Source: Mytilus californianus
Taxonomy: Eukaryota
Direction of reading: 5' to 3'
Assembly (NCBI RefSeq): GCF_021869535.1
Contig: NW_026262582.1
Span: forward strand, 63,178,001-63,242,000
DNA length: 64,000 nucleotides
This document shows, piece after piece, positions 63,898 to 64,000 of this stretch; position 1 is the first letter of the stretch; each line of letters begins with the position of its first letter. Position numbers and translations under genes: made by a program. Below the pieces are notes generated by a model, which saw nothing but the letters and a program-made list of their open reading frames with translations, was not told the origin of the DNA and searched no databases.

Positions 63898-64000
63898 ACA
63901 TATTCCTTAAGCGTATTAGAACATACATTCGCTACAGTAAGTTTAATGTTACAATACAATCATTATAACATATAAGCGTGAGTTGTATATACAAGCAACT

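Overview
AT-rich, repeat-dense eukaryotic DNA with no intact long ORF and no recognisable protein domain. The interspersed repeats look like those of a marine bivalve (Mytilus-like); that is inference from repeat character, not a database hit. Most ORF-track entries are incidental frames in repeats. Main content: (1) a 537-bp x ~5.1 tandem array (34671-37408) set in (TA)n, in which every unit carries a complete minus-strand type I hammerhead ribozyme with a (near-)palindromic helix III, the architecture of a retrozyme or Penelope-type self-cleaving repeat; (2) solitary, partly decayed hammerhead-bearing elements of two other families (56.5 kb, 28.3 kb, 29.4 kb; 62.6 kb); (3) an old, diverged tandem duplication (about 19.4-43 kb) with several disabled copies of an unidentified minus-strand gene; (4) many copies of four interspersed repeat families (my labels A-D), TIR MITEs with TTA or TTAA target duplications, tRNA-derived SINEs, and mini/microsatellites; (5) one weak plus-strand exon candidate near 19.1 kb. 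Coordinates of decayed repeats are approximate.
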